Source: an uncultured Bacillota bacterium
GTDB lineage: Bacteria > Bacillota > DTU025 > MWDF01
DNA: 64,000 nt
Reading direction: 5' to 3'
NCBI GenBank assembly: GCA_963823655.1
Contig: CAWGMK010000010.1
Location: 160,001-224,000, forward strand
Every line of letters begins with the position of its first letter. Position 1 is the stretch's first letter. The notes below the pieces were generated by a model. That model worked only from the letters and a program-made list of their open reading frames with translations, was not told where the DNA came from and did not search any database. The position numbers were made by a program, and so were the translations under genes. Below, piece after piece: positions 20,747 through 31,835 of the stretch.

Positions 20747-21394
20747 TTGAAAGCTCTTAGAATAGCGATAATCGCAGCAGTGATCATATTTGCGGTATTC
20801 CAGTCAGGTTGCCGGACGACATGGTCTTTGGATTTTACAGAGGCTATTGAGGAGGACCTTGCCGATTGGGGCGGGTATTCCAGCTGGGCACTTGACGACC
20901 CTCCCGGATCGGGCCTACAGGTCGAAGAGTATTACGTGCTGAGCCCGATAGGGTTCTCTGCCGATTTCACGCTGACTCTGGATATGTGGATGGATATTGA
21001 CGATTCCAACAGCGCAGATTTTAGGATTTGGATCGGCGATGATGAGAGCGACTATCCGGAGCATTACATTACCTGCGAGTTCGAGCAGGCAGGAGATGAG
21101 ATTAACGAGGAAGTCCTGATCCATGAGGACGGTGTGGGATTGGATTTTCGCGACATCGATACTTTGGAGCCCATACCGGGCATTAAGAATGGCACCAATA
21201 CATTCAAGCTGATAAGAAGAGGGGACCATATCAGGATAACCATGAACGGCGCTGAACTTGCGGACTTTGATGCCATCTACTTTAATCCTCCGGCATGTTT
21301 TGTCGGCTTTGTAACCGATGATACATCTAGCCAGGATGTCTATTACAGGAAGATCAGCGTCAGCTATGCGGGGGATCCGGTCCCGCTTCCTTAA
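20747..21394 (+). CDS. Acidic hypothetical lipoprotein, probable ConA/laminin-G-like beta-sandwich
   Basis: Lipobox-like QSGC; beta-rich; similar to 57085-57897. Confidence 0.65.
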   Translation: MKALRIAIIAAVIIFAVFQSGCRTTWSLDFTEAIEEDLADWGGYSSWALDDPPGSGLQVEEYYVLSPIGFSADFTLTLDMWMDIDDSNSADFRIWIGDDESDYPEHYITCEFEQAGDEINEEVLIHEDGVGLDFRDIDTLEPIPGIKNGTNTFKLIRRGDHIRITMNGAELADFDAIYFNPPACFVGFVTDDTSSQDVYYRKISVSYAGDPVPLP

Positions 21395-21499
21395 TCGGCG
21401 CGGCTGACTGCGAAGAAGTCACCGGCGGTATATAATAGCCCAAAGGCTCCATTAGTGCAGAGCCCGTTGATACTTGAGATTCTCGACAGTTATGGGGTG

Positions 21500-22624
21500 A
21501 TGCATCATTCGTCTAAGGAAGTAAGATATTCTTTCTGCTCAGTCTAATATTAGCCGTATTCCTGGCCAGTGCGACCACCTCGGCAGGCGCAATGACGCTG
21601 TCTCCGGCATGGGTTAAGGACGGCTTCGATGGTGCGTCCATGGCAACTTCGGGCGAGGGTGTCATCATTGTGGCTGTCGGAGATAGGGTCTATAAGATAG
21701 GCAAGGACGGCTCGACTGTCTGGGAGAGGAAATCCCCAGGGCCGGTGGCGGTTGTTGAAGGGGACGGATACGGGGGCGCATGGGCGGCGACGGGGAAGAC
21801 TCTGATACGAATCTCAACAGACGGCGCAATTAAGTGGACGTTCACCTATGACGATGTGATTTTAAACCTTGAAGCTTTGCCGGATGGCAGGATGCTTGCT
21901 GGCACCGAGCGGGGCGTGATCCTCGTGGATAGTGCAGGAAAGCTGGTATGGCTGTACGACCCTGCGACCGGGTGCGACACTTGAATACCTATCATTCTTG
22001 GGCCGGTTCGGTCCATTGAATACTTAGGCGGCGACGACATTCTTGTGCTCGGGCAGGTGTATCGGGATATTCAGCGACATGGAAGCGCTCGATTACCTGA
22101 CTGTCGTCAGCCTTGAATATGGCGACACATCCAACGACTGCAACTATATATGGCCATTCAACATTACTGCTGTGGCAATTGAGCACCGCAATTCGATCAT
22201 AGTCTCGGCTTACTATAGAAGGGTAGTCAAGTGGAACGGAATTAGCGAATTTGAAGTTGAATGGTCCAAGACGATGGATCTGCCGAAGTACTTAGCATAT
22301 GACAAGCTGACCGGCATAGTAATCATCGGGCAGGAGGGGAAGAGCATAACGGCAATAGCCACAAGGAATGGCGAAAGCGCGAGTTCTGCAGTGCTTCCTT
22401 TTGAGGTGCTTACAGAGCCTCTCAGCCTGGAAGGAAACGGGTTGCTGATAATTGGGGACGGAATTGCAGCGGTGCTTGACGGGAAGCTGGTCATTTCGGG
22501 CGAATACCGGGCTTCATGGATAGTGGACGGCGCAATTGCGTCATTTGACGGTAGCTCAATATTCGTGCTTTCTTCCGGCAAATTGGCTAGGTTCGGTGTT
22601 GTTGCGGTCCTGGGGCTGCCGTAG
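21500..22624 (+). CDS. Secreted PQQ/BamB-like beta-propeller; candidate selenoprotein (UGA 21982-21984)
   Basis: Signal peptide KIFFLLSLILAVFLASATTSAGA in frame upstream of 21592; blade motifs DGSTVWE, DGAIKWT, AGKLVWL; frame stays open after TGA; frameshift ~22065 into ORF 22043-22624; start approximate. Confidence 0.65.
21994..22021 (+). promoter_or_regulatory. Candidate bacterial SECIS hairpin
   Basis: ATTC-t-TGGGCCG-[GTT]-CGGTCCA-tt-GAAT; apical loop starts with GU about 21 nt after the in-frame UGA. Confidence 0.55.
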
Positions 22625-22771
22625 CATCGGACGGATGCCTCAGGAGCCTATTCTATTGGGGCCTTGCGTTTAACGGCGATAGCTGATTGTCGCATGCAAA
22701 GAGATGCTAGACAGTATTTGTACTTCGCATCGTTGTCATTCCTGTAAGAGCATACTTAGTCTGCCAACTGC

Positions 22772-24264
22772 TCAAACCTTGTCTTCATTGAAGGCATCAT
22801 CGGGCGTCACCTGATCCCTGACCCAGACAGAAACCTGGCCTCCGTTGCAGGGAAAGATGCCATTGCCATCTTTATCGATGGTGACTTTGTCGGTCCGGTT
22901 GCCCGTATAATCGGCATAAACAGCGCCTTGATTGATAGAGCCTACATTCATCTGTTTTTCGCCGCCGGCGCCGTTGCTCATGACAACAGCACAGCCATAG
23001 GGATGCACTCTCATCACCCATCCGGACCCAGCCGACGGAATTGTTGTGGTCGAAGTAGTCCACCTGTTTGCCATAGGCATGTAGATTCCGCAGATACAAC
23101 AGCTTATCAATCATCGCCTGCTGCCCGTCAAAGGGCTGTGGCGCCTTAATGCCATAATAGTCCCCGTAGAAGATCTTCGGATATCCGTCCTGGCGAAGCA
23201 GGATCAGCGCATAGGCCAGTGGTTTGAACCAGGCTTCAACCCAGGACTGGAGGGGCTGGTCAGGCTGGGAGTCATGGTTGTCGACAAAAGTCACGGCATA
23301 TTCCGGATGTTCCTTGACCAGAGATCCTTCAAAGATCTTGCTCATATCATAACGGTCGCCGGATTTGCTGGCCGTATGCATGTTGAAATGGAGTTTCACG
23401 TCGAAAAGGTCCATCTCGAAGTCGGTATTGTCAAGATAGTCATTGATCGCTTCTTTATCCTGATTCCAGTATTCACCTACGGCATAAAAGTCTGTCCGGT
23501 ATTCACCCCTGATCTTCCGAATTAGATCGCGTAAGAAGAAATCGTTGATATGCTTGACTGCATCAAAGCGGAAACCATCCACACCTGTCTCATTAACGAA
23601 CCAAAGCGCCCAATTGCGGACCTCTTTGACCACATCAGGATGTTTGTAGTCAATATCATTGAACATGAGATAGTCAAAATTGCCGTTTTCGTAGGTGACG
23701 CCACTTGACCAGCCCTTGTTGATGCCATCGATCATGTAGATAGCATCTTTGATTGTCTCTCGCATTGAAGTCGAGACCGGAGAAATGGATCCAGCTCCAT
23801 TTGAATGCGGAATACTGGTCGCCACGCCCGGGGAAAGTGAATTTTGTGTAAGCCTCGATCTCATAAGATTCGGAAATAGCCCGGGTTCGGTTTGAAGGGT
23901 CCATTTTCCTGGCCATGAAAGTTTCTTTTTCATCGCCATTGGCTTTATGGTTCAGGACGACATCGACATAGACATTGATCCCATGATCGTGAAGCACGCG
24001 GATGGCTTCCTGAAGCTCTTCCTTGGAGCCGTACTTGGTCCTGACCGATCCTTTCTGGTCGAACTCGCCTAGATCATAAAGATCATAAGTGCCATAGCCT
24101 GAATCAAAGGGAGAAGTAGCCTTAAAAACTGGCGGGATCCATACACTGGTGATGCCTAGCTCCTTCAGATGACCGGCATCATCTTTCAGCCGAATCCAGA
24201 GGTTATTCTGAAGATCCCCCATATACCATTCAAAATATTGAAACATGATTCCTTTTCGAGCCAT
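22772..24264 (-). CDS. Alpha-amylase GH13 (cytoplasmic type; 2 frameshifts)
   Basis: MFQYFEW, GYGTYDLYDLGEFDQKG, DVVLNHK, DGFRFDAVKH, VGEYW, FVDNHD. Confidence 0.92.
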
Positions 24265-24793
24265 AAAGCTTTCCTGCCTTTCAGTAATCACACCCATCAC
24301 CCAAAGTTGTTACACTTGCCATTCGAATAAGAATGCACTATGCGAATATTTCTTCGGCTTGGTCTGGGAGGTTTAACAGAATTTGCAGCCATGCCGAAGT
24401 TCAAAGGTGCTTTCTCTGTCACAAGGGCAGGTTCTACCTCAGAAAAGAGGCGCCTTTTTGGCGTCCACAAAGCCCGAACCCTTTCTAATGTTCGCTTCAA
24501 AGAGCGTTTCCCCATTGTTGAATTTAGTCCTCATAAACGACTGAAAATGCAGTGAATAAAATCGATTCCGGAGCTTTACACCGATATTGCTTTTGCGCCT
24601 ACTTAAGGCGCGATAATCTTTATGGTAGCGCCCGAAACAATCGCAGTTTTCGATCCTCTTGATGACAACGCCGCCTGCGACATCCGCAATCAGGATGCCT
24701 TCGAGACGGCAATTGGCGTGACCAGTTTTCGGACACCAAGTTGGCACACGCGGACAAACCCTACGTAATTCATCTTAGAGTCAACTGATATTC

Positions 24794-25000
24794 TTAGGGC
24801 TCCACAATGAAGGAGACCTTGGCATTCACACGATAACTGACGACTTTGTTGTTCTCAACAATGGCTTTCAGGTTTTCAATGTAAACGTTTTTAATGTTAC
24901 GTACTGTTTTAGCTGCCTCGGCAACAGCCAGTTTCGTTGCGGCCTCCCAGCTTTCAGTCAATTCTGCAATGATTTCGATTACTTTGACAACAGCTGCCAT
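24794..25000 (-). CDS. Dodecin-family flavin-binding protein
   Basis: VVKVIEII...SWEAA...AAKTVRNI...YRVNAKVSF. Confidence 0.9.
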   Translation of the reverse strand: MAAVVKVIEIIAELTESWEAATKLAVAEAAKTVRNIKNVYIENLKAIVENNKVVSYRVNAKVSFIVEP

Positions 25001-25037
25001 TTTTCATACCCCTCTCTTTATTTTGTTCAGGTAGACT

Positions 25038-25301
25038 TTAAAACCTTTTACCGCTGCCGCAAATCAAGTTAAACAGGAACAGTAACACCACAGCGCCTCC
25101 TACGGCAACCAAAAAGGTTGTGAAACTGAACGTGAGCGGCTCTATTACATCCATTAAACCCAGAAGCCACGATCCAGCCAATGCACCCAATATTCCGACG
25201 ACGATGTTCGATATAATGCCCATCTGTGCACTGTTTCTTGTTAACATGCTTGCAACCCAGCCGGCAAATCCTCCCAAAACGATCCAAGCAATCCAACTCA
25301 T
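25038..25301 (-). CDS. GlsB/YeaQ/YmgE transglycosylase-associated membrane protein
   Basis: WIVLGGFAGWVAS...NIVVGILGA...AVGGAVVLL. Confidence 0.9.
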   Translation of the reverse strand: MSWIAWIVLGGFAGWVASMLTRNSAQMGIISNIVVGILGALAGSWLLGLMDVIEPLTFSFTTFLVAVGGAVVLLFLFNLICGSGKRF

Positions 25302-25825
25302 CTATATTGCCTCCCTACATATTCCTAATCTGACAAGTTCCCTACAGAAATCGACAATCTCAGGTAATTCGATACACCAGTGGCTTTCTTTGGCGAAAAT
25401 TCACGAATTGGTCATTGGGAGCTGTTCATTGGCTTACATTCGAATATGGACGAACCATATGAACATGCTACTTGAAGCCACTAATAGTACAAGCTTATAC
25501 CCATTATGATAATTTGTCATCAGATTATTACATATATTTTTATATATTTTATTATAATATTTATTGGGTATTCAAAATAAGGGCATTGGCAAATTGATTC
25601 CAGGGTGATTTGAGGGCAAGCCGATGTTAAGCTTACCCCCAGTGTATGCATGGCTTTTTGTTGCAAGTCGGCTTTGGGAATCAAATCGCTAAGAAAAGAA
25701 AGGATGATAAGTGCCAGTATAAGAAATTCGTTGTTCGCTCAAGGCTCCAAAGGCAATTTGGCCAAGAACAAGTTTGGGGCCAAAGAGGTGGTTTGCTAAT
25801 GGTGAGACGGGGAGCCGAACAAGAT

Positions 25826-26728
25826 TCAAAAAGCCTGCACCTTAAGACTAAGACAGGCAAACCCTTCCGCTTTTTTGAAGCCTTCCTTTGTATACAGTGA
25901 GAGCGCAGATTCGTTATCGGCATTCACACTTAGGATTACGCTCTTATAGGATTTCTCATGGGCACAAATCAGCATTGCCCTCAGAAGGACTCTCCCGAGC
26001 CCCTTGCCCTGATAGGAGGGCAACACGGCAACTGGGCCGATATTCATAACGGTACGCTCCCCATACTCATCCTGCGGATCCTCTAATCAACCCTACCGGC
26101 TTTTCACCGTCTGTAAGGAAAAGCATCCCGCCGGCAATAAAATCGTCTCCGGCCGCCATTTCGCGAACCATATTTTCTGTTATCGGCGCTTCATTTCCTT
26201 TTAGAGCTAGAAAAAGCGCTGTTGCGGATATCGCACCAGGCCTGCTCGTCGGAACCTGCGACGTATTGCCTTATGCTGAAGCCAACAGGAAGGTTAAGCG
26301 CTCGGTTTTATCCCATCCTCCCTTATGAGCAGGAAGACGAACCTGTCAATCGTAAATCCGAGCCTTTTCAGATTGCCCAACAGCGAGAGATTTGTATCGG
26401 GCGAGAATATATAGAGGGAGTCAATGCCGGAGGTTTCTTTTATGAGGGCTTCCATAAGCGCTTTATAGCTGCCAAGATCGTCGGTTTCCGAGTGCAGTAT
26501 CCTCAGGCGGGCCCTTTTAGCCCTTAGTGCGGCTTCATCGATTACCAGCGATGCGGCGCCGCTAATCTTCATATCCTCATCAAGTGCGATGAACGTTGGG
26601 TTTGAGGGCCCGATCCTAAATTTCTCCAGCTCAGCGTCAGACAGGTAGGATTTGTCCAGCCCATCCCTGTGCCTGCGGCAGTAGTCCAGAAATGCCTCCA
26701 AGCCGGCCTCATCTAGCCTTCTTATCAT
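25826..26728 (-). CDS. Tandem GNAT acetyltransferase (several frameshifts)
   Basis: C-terminal VLPSYQGKGLGR...NESALSLYTKEGF; N-terminal degenerate GNAT in ORF 26294-26788. Confidence 0.7.
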
Positions 26729-26759
26729 AGCTTTAGCACCTCCGCCTGGCAGGGCTTGC

Positions 26760-27665
26760 CTAGAACTCGACCAGGTCAGCGTTCTCACCCAAAATTGACA
26801 TGGGTATTACGGCCCGCACCGTTTTCAGAGGGTCCACGCACTGGCTGATTCTCATATCCACCGCGAGGCTTGCCAGCATGTACGCCTCATCCCAGCCGAT
26901 TCCGCATGCATTGCACAAGAAGCTGACCGCGGATTCCGTCGCCAGCTCAACCGCCTTATCCAGGCTGGGAGCCGACGCTATTATCATAAACGCTTCTTCG
27001 TTTCTAATCACAGGCCAGCTTATATGTCTGCCTTTGATGACATCGACTTGGACTTGCACCTCGGCTGCCGCCTCGCATCCAGTCACGCAGACCTCGCCGT
27101 CGCCCATGACTGCATGTATGTCGCCGATCGCCAGCATCGCACCAACCTGGCTGACAGGAAGGTATAGGGTCGCTCCTTCGCAGATGTCCTTGGTGTCCAT
27201 GTTGCCGCCGTGCCTTCCGGGGGTGCCGGTGGGTATCAGCCCTTCTTCATCCGCCGTCGCCAGCCCGATGACTCCTATCATCGGCCTGGACTTAAGGGAA
27301 AGGGCTCCGAACTCCACGAAACCGTCAACTATGGGCAGCAGTTTAGTCGCAGATTTCTTTACTTTGTGCCCCAACACTCCAGCTCCAGGAATGATGTTCA
27401 CCACACCGGTCGAAGCTGTCCTTATGGAGAGAACCTTTACTGAAAGCACATCCCCGGGCATCGCGCCAGCAATGCTTACCGGCCCTGTGGCAGGGTTCAA
27501 GGAGGTGAAATCCACGCTTTCTATCTCCTGCCGTTCGGAACAGATCTGGCCGTGCCAGCAGTCGTTGGTCTCAAAGGAGATGACATCGCCCGGGGCAGCA
27601 TTGGCCGTCGCCTTCATATCGGGCCCGAAGCCTGTTACGAAATGCTCTTTTCCGATCCTAAGCAT
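26760..27665 (-). CDS. Acetamidase/formamidase family protein
   Basis: NPATGPV, PMIGVIG, HGGNMD, GDIHAVMGDGE. Confidence 0.92.
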   Translation of the reverse strand: MLRIGKEHFVTGFGPDMKATANAAPGDVISFETNDCWHGQICSERQEIESVDFTSLNPATGPVSIAGAMPGDVLSVKVLSIRTASTGVVNIIPGAGVLGHKVKKSATKLLPIVDGFVEFGALSLKSRPMIGVIGLATADEEGLIPTGTPGRHGGNMDTKDICEGATLYLPVSQVGAMLAIGDIHAVMGDGEVCVTGCEAAAEVQVQVDVIKGRHISWPVIRNEEAFMIIASAPSLDKAVELATESAVSFLCNACGIGWDEAYMLASLAVDMRISQCVDPLKTVRAVIPMSILGENADLVEF

Positions 27666-27692
27666 CGTTAGACCCAGCCTCCCAAACTGCGC

Positions 27693-28487
27693 CTATTTGG
27701 CCAAGTTCCAGGCATCTCCCCTGTACTTATCAAGCAGCTCCCCGGCCCTTTTCAGCTCTCCTGCCGTAAGCTCGGACTGAAGGATTGCAGAGCCTGTAAG
27801 CTTTCCGAACTCCTTGACGATAAATGGCACCAGCTCGTACCTGCCGACCGGCCTTCCCATTGCCTCACCTACCGTGGAGATTCCGGACTGGAGCCTTGCT
27901 CGCATTGCTTCCGGCAGGGCACACGATTTGAGCAGGGCGTCGATGTCTATGGACATGAGAATCGAGCCGTGCTGAAGGAAGTATCTGCCCGATCTGAACT
28001 GGGCGCTGCCTATTATCTTCCTGCCCTTCCATGCTACCTCAAAGCTTGAGGGGGCATCGAAGCATGCCGCCGACTTCTCCTTGCCCTTGTCGCTGTACGC
28101 AGGTACAAGGTCTGCAGCAACGCCGAATGCCTTTAAGCCGTCTGCCAGTGCGCTGCTGACCATCATGTAGACGTCGAGGACGGCCCCTCCTCCGAAAAGC
28201 AGGGAATCTGCTGTTACGCTGTAAGTAAGCTCGTCGTCATGCAATACTGCGCGCCCGCCGGTGCGGCGCCTTACCATCGTATAGCCACTGTCCTTAACGG
28301 CGTCCATGTCGCACGAATCCGCAGACCTTTGGTTGAACCCGAGCGAAAGGCAGGCAGGGTCCCATGTATAGAACCTGAGGGTGGGCGGCGCATCACCCGC
28401 CATCACCGCCTCCAGTATCGCCTCATCGACTGCCATATTCCATGCGCCTTCAGCGGCGCCCGATATGATTAGCCTCCAGTCGGTCAT
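27693..28487 (-). CDS. lipM: Octanoyltransferase LipM-like (LplA family, catalytic domain only)
   Basis: NMAVDEA, RRRTGGRAVLH, ACFDAPS (Cys motif of B. subtilis LipM), RKIIGSAQ, LQHGSI. Confidence 0.8.
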   Translation of the reverse strand: MTDWRLIISGAAEGAWNMAVDEAILEAVMAGDAPPTLRFYTWDPACLSLGFNQRSADSCDMDAVKDSGYTMVRRRTGGRAVLHDDELTYSVTADSLLFGGGAVLDVYMMVSSALADGLKAFGVAADLVPAYSDKGKEKSAACFDAPSSFEVAWKGRKIIGSAQFRSGRYFLQHGSILMSIDIDALLKSCALPEAMRARLQSGISTVGEAMGRPVGRYELVPFIVKEFGKLTGSAILQSELTAGELKRAGELLDKYRGDAWNLAK

Positions 28488-29507
28488 TCTTTCCCCTCCA
28501 AGCTGCCCGTACTGACCCCCTCAAGAGAGAGGGAGAGCGCCTTTTCGGCTTCCTCCGGCTCAAGCGCTGACAGGGTAGTTGTAAAGCTCGGTGCCGGGAC
28601 TCTCATTGTAGAAAGGCCTGTTGCACCAGCTGCAGCCAGAAGTCTCGAACGGGTCGCCCTTTTCTGCAAGCCTTCCTATTTCCTGCCCGCTCAAGCCTAT
28701 TCCGGCCAACCTGCCCTCATCGTCAAAGCTTAATGAACCTATGGGAAGCCCGTGGCGCTTAATGAGCCAGAAAGCGAGCTGCACCCTCCTGTAAGATGCC
28801 AGCTCGGGCTTCGGATGGCCCTCCATCTCGGTTCCCCGCAGAGGCGTGAACGCGAAAAGCCCAAGTCCCACACCCATGTCCCTTAGAGTCGCCGCAAGCG
28901 ACAAAAGCTCCTGCTCCGTCTCGCCCATGCCCGAGATAAGGTGGGTAGATATCCTGCCGGGAAAGCGAGCTGCAGCTTTTGCAATAAGCGACAGGGAGGT
29001 TTGCATATCGGCCTTCTTGATCGCCTTGTGAAGCTCCGGGTTGCAGGCATCCAGCGCGAGCGCTACCCTGTCCGCCCCGGCTTCCAAAATCCTTCCGACG
29101 TCCTCGATGCCCGCAGTCGCGCTGAATGACACAGAGAACGCGGTCTTTTCGGCGCATGAACGCTTGAGCACAGCTACAGCTTCGCAGACGGCATCAAGGG
29201 CCGCGCGGCCGCCCACCGTCTGCAGGCACACCCTCCTGATCTTGCCGGCCTTAGTGGCCCTTCCCAGGGCTTCCAGGAGGATGCCCTCCTCAGCCTCGGG
29301 CCAGGTGACCCTCGACAGCCTTCCGGCACCGGCGCTGCTGTTTCTAGCCTGGGCGCAGAAGGCGCAATCCCTTACGCACTTCTCTCCTAGCATGATATAG
29401 GCCGTGGTAGGCAAAGCATCAACCTTTATATCCAGCAGGCCAAGCGCCGCCATGGTTCCGGCGGACGGCCTGAACTTTATCTTATTGACTTTGCTTTCAC
29501 CTTCCAT
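28484..29507 (-). CDS. lipS2: Radical SAM lipoyl synthase LipS2 (continuous in frame with LipS1; C-terminal frameshift ~28570)
   Basis: CVRDCAFC radical SAM motif; TSGCSWCNRP resembles the LipS2 TxGCPxC(N/D)RP motif. Confidence 0.78.
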
Positions 29508-30372
29508 CCCCGATTTCGGGGCATCAATCGACGGGAAGGCACAGCATTCATCGTCCTCAGCTACTGAAAGGCCAAGCTCTGCAGCCCTAAGCCTTGCTTT
29601 GGCGGACGGCTGAACAATGACATCGGCCCCGGCATCTACAGCCATGGGGTCCAGCTCGTCCCTGTATTTGCCCGACGGCCTCATGCAGCCGAGGCAGACC
29701 CGGGATGAGGGGAACAATTCCTTGGCAAGCCCGATGACCTCGGCCACAGACTTGGGAGAGGGGGCGGGAACATCCTGCATCCTTGTGCCCGGCGTTGGCC
29801 TCAGGGCGATGATGACGATTGCAGGCGGCTCCGGTATAAGGCAGTCGTCGGAGAGCGAGCGTATCTCCTGAAGGCTCTTTCTTGGAAAGCGCCGGCTCTT
29901 CGTCCGGCCCCAGCAGCCCGACGGTAACATGTGGCACGGTGGGGGCGGTGTTCGATGCCATTATGAAGCTTTTTACGTAATCGGCCGCTTTGGAACGGGA
30001 GCCATACACGCCCTCTATGATGCGCTCATCGGAAACATAGTCGAAGGAGATGACATCGGCATAGCCTTTGAGCCGTGCTGCCTGATCTTCATCAAGCACG
30101 CCGGTATGGCAGTTCACCCTGGTATCGGGGGACATGCTCTTTATCCTTTCGGGCCAGCCCTCCATTGGCACATGCCCGAAAGCGTCGCTTCCTCCGGAGA
30201 TTAGGACGCTTTTCGGGGCAGAATCGGAAAAGGCCGCCAGCGCTTCATCCGGCGGCCTCATCCCCTTTAGATATTTCGCGCCGCAGTGGGCGCAGTCCAG
30301 CCCGCATGAGGCCCCCGTCACCGATATCGCGACGGTCCCCTTCGGGCGGCTGAAGGTTATCTTCCTAGGCAT
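29508..30372 (-). CDS. lipS1: Radical SAM lipoyl synthase LipS1 (frameshift ~29885)
   Basis: CGLDCAHC radical SAM motif; LGCMRP and ECC match the LipS1 GC(M/A)R and CC motifs. Confidence 0.78.
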
Positions 30373-31835
30373 TGTCCCCTTTTTGTCCACCTTAGTATCG
30401 GCTTCCTTGCGGCAAGCGTCTCGTCCAGCCTGCCGACCGGCGTATTGTGCGGGGCCGAGTGGAGATTCTCCGGATCCTCCACGGCCTCTTTTGCGATCCT
30501 CTTCATCGCGTCTATGAACGAGTCCAGGGTCTCCTTGCTCTCGGTCTCGGTAGGCTCGATCATTATCGCCTCTTCGACTATGAGAGGGAAGTAGACGGTG
30601 GGGGCGTGGAAGCCGTAATCCAGAAGCCTCTTCGCCATATCCAGCGTCCTTACTCCGTTTTCCTTCTTCTGCTTGGAGCCGGACAGCACGAACTCGTGCT
30701 TGCAGGCCCTGTCGTAGTTCAGCACGAAGTCCGACTTCAACGCGTGCATCAGGTAGTTGGCGTTCAAAACGGCCAGCTCGGAGGCCGCCTTAAGCCCGTC
30801 GGGCCCCATCGTCCTGATGTAGGTCCAGGCTCTCAAGAGCACGCCGAAGTTGCCGTTGTAGGAGTGCACATGCCCGATGGAATCCGGCATGTCGGCGTCC
30901 CACCTGTACATGGCCCCATCCTTTACCACGAGCGGCTTGGGAAGGAAGGGTATCAGCGACTTCTTGACGCCGACCGGCCCTGCTCCGGGGCCGCCTCCGC
31001 CGTGAGGCGTGGAGAAGGTCTTGTGCAGGTTCAGATGGACTACGTCGAAGCCCATGTCGCCGGGGCGGGATTTGCCCATGATGGCGTTGGCGTTCGCACC
31101 GTCGTAATAGACGAGGCCGCCCGCCTTATGGACTATGTCGGTTATCTGCTTGATGTGCTCATCGAACAGGCCAAGCGTGTTGGGGTTCGTAAGCATGAGG
31201 GCTGCGGTGTCGGGGCCTACTTTGGCCTTCAGGTCCTCTATGTCGACATTGCCCCTGGCATCCGATGCCACCTGGACTACCGTCATGCCGGCAGCAGCCG
31301 CGCTTGCGGGGTTGGTGCCGTGCGACGAATCGGGCGCTAGTATCTTGTCCCTCTTGCAGTCCATCCTCTTGAAATGGTAGGCGCGGATTATGAACAGGCC
31401 TGTCAGCTCGCCGTGGGCACCTGCTACCGGCTGGAGCGTGAAGCGGTCCATGCCGCATATTTCGGACAGCCACAAGTCGAGATCATGGATGACTTTAAGC
31501 GCGCCTTGCGCGCCGCGCTCGGGCATATCGGGGTGGAGCTTCGCGAAGCCGCCAAGCCTTGCCGCATCTTCGTTTATCTTCGGGTTATATTTCATCGTGC
31601 AGCTGCCCAGAGGGTAGAAGCCGGTATCCACGCCGTGGTTGAGAGTGGAGAGGTTGACGAAGTGCCTTACCACGTCCACTTCGGATACTTCCGGAAGCTC
31701 GGGGCGTGCTTTCCTGATCATGGTGTCGGGAACCATTGAATCTATCGGAAGCTGCGGCACGTCCGAGGAGGGAAGGCTTACGCCGATCCTTCCTGGCCTG
31801 CTCATCTCGAAAATCAGAGGCATGAGCTTTTTCAT
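30357..31835 (-). CDS. gcvPB: Glycine dehydrogenase subunit 2
   Basis: [36 protein letters not shown]. Confidence 0.97.
   Translation of the reverse strand: MKKLMPLIFEMSRPGRIGVSLPSSDVPQLPIDSMVPDTMIRKARPELPEVSEVDVVRHFVNLSTLNHGVDTGFYPLGSCTMKYNPKINEDAARLGGFAKLHPDMPERGAQGALKVIHDLDLWLSEICGMDRFTLQPVAGAHGELTGLFIIRAYHFKRMDCKRDKILAPDSSHGTNPASAAAAGMTVVQVASDARGNVDIEDLKAKVGPDTAALMLTNPNTLGLFDEHIKQITDIVHKAGGLVYYDGANANAIMGKSRPGDMGFDVVHLNLHKTFSTPHGGGGPGAGPVGVKKSLIPFLPKPLVVKDGAMYRWDADMPDSIGHVHSYNGNFGVLLRAWTYIRTMGPDGLKAASELAVLNANYLMHALKSDFVLNYDRACKHEFVLSGSKQKKENGVRTLDMAKRLLDYGFHAPTVYFPLIVEEAIMIEPTETESKETLDSFIDAMKRIAKEAVEDPENLHSAPHNTPVGRLDETLAARKPILRWTKRGQCLGR

Noticed and set aside
24380-24530. c-di-GMP-II-like fragments (GGAAAC, TGAAG, AACCTGC) on the minus strand upstream of the amylase
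   Set aside because: The GCAC/GTGC pseudoknot and consistent stems are missing; an Rfam cmscan hit would be needed.
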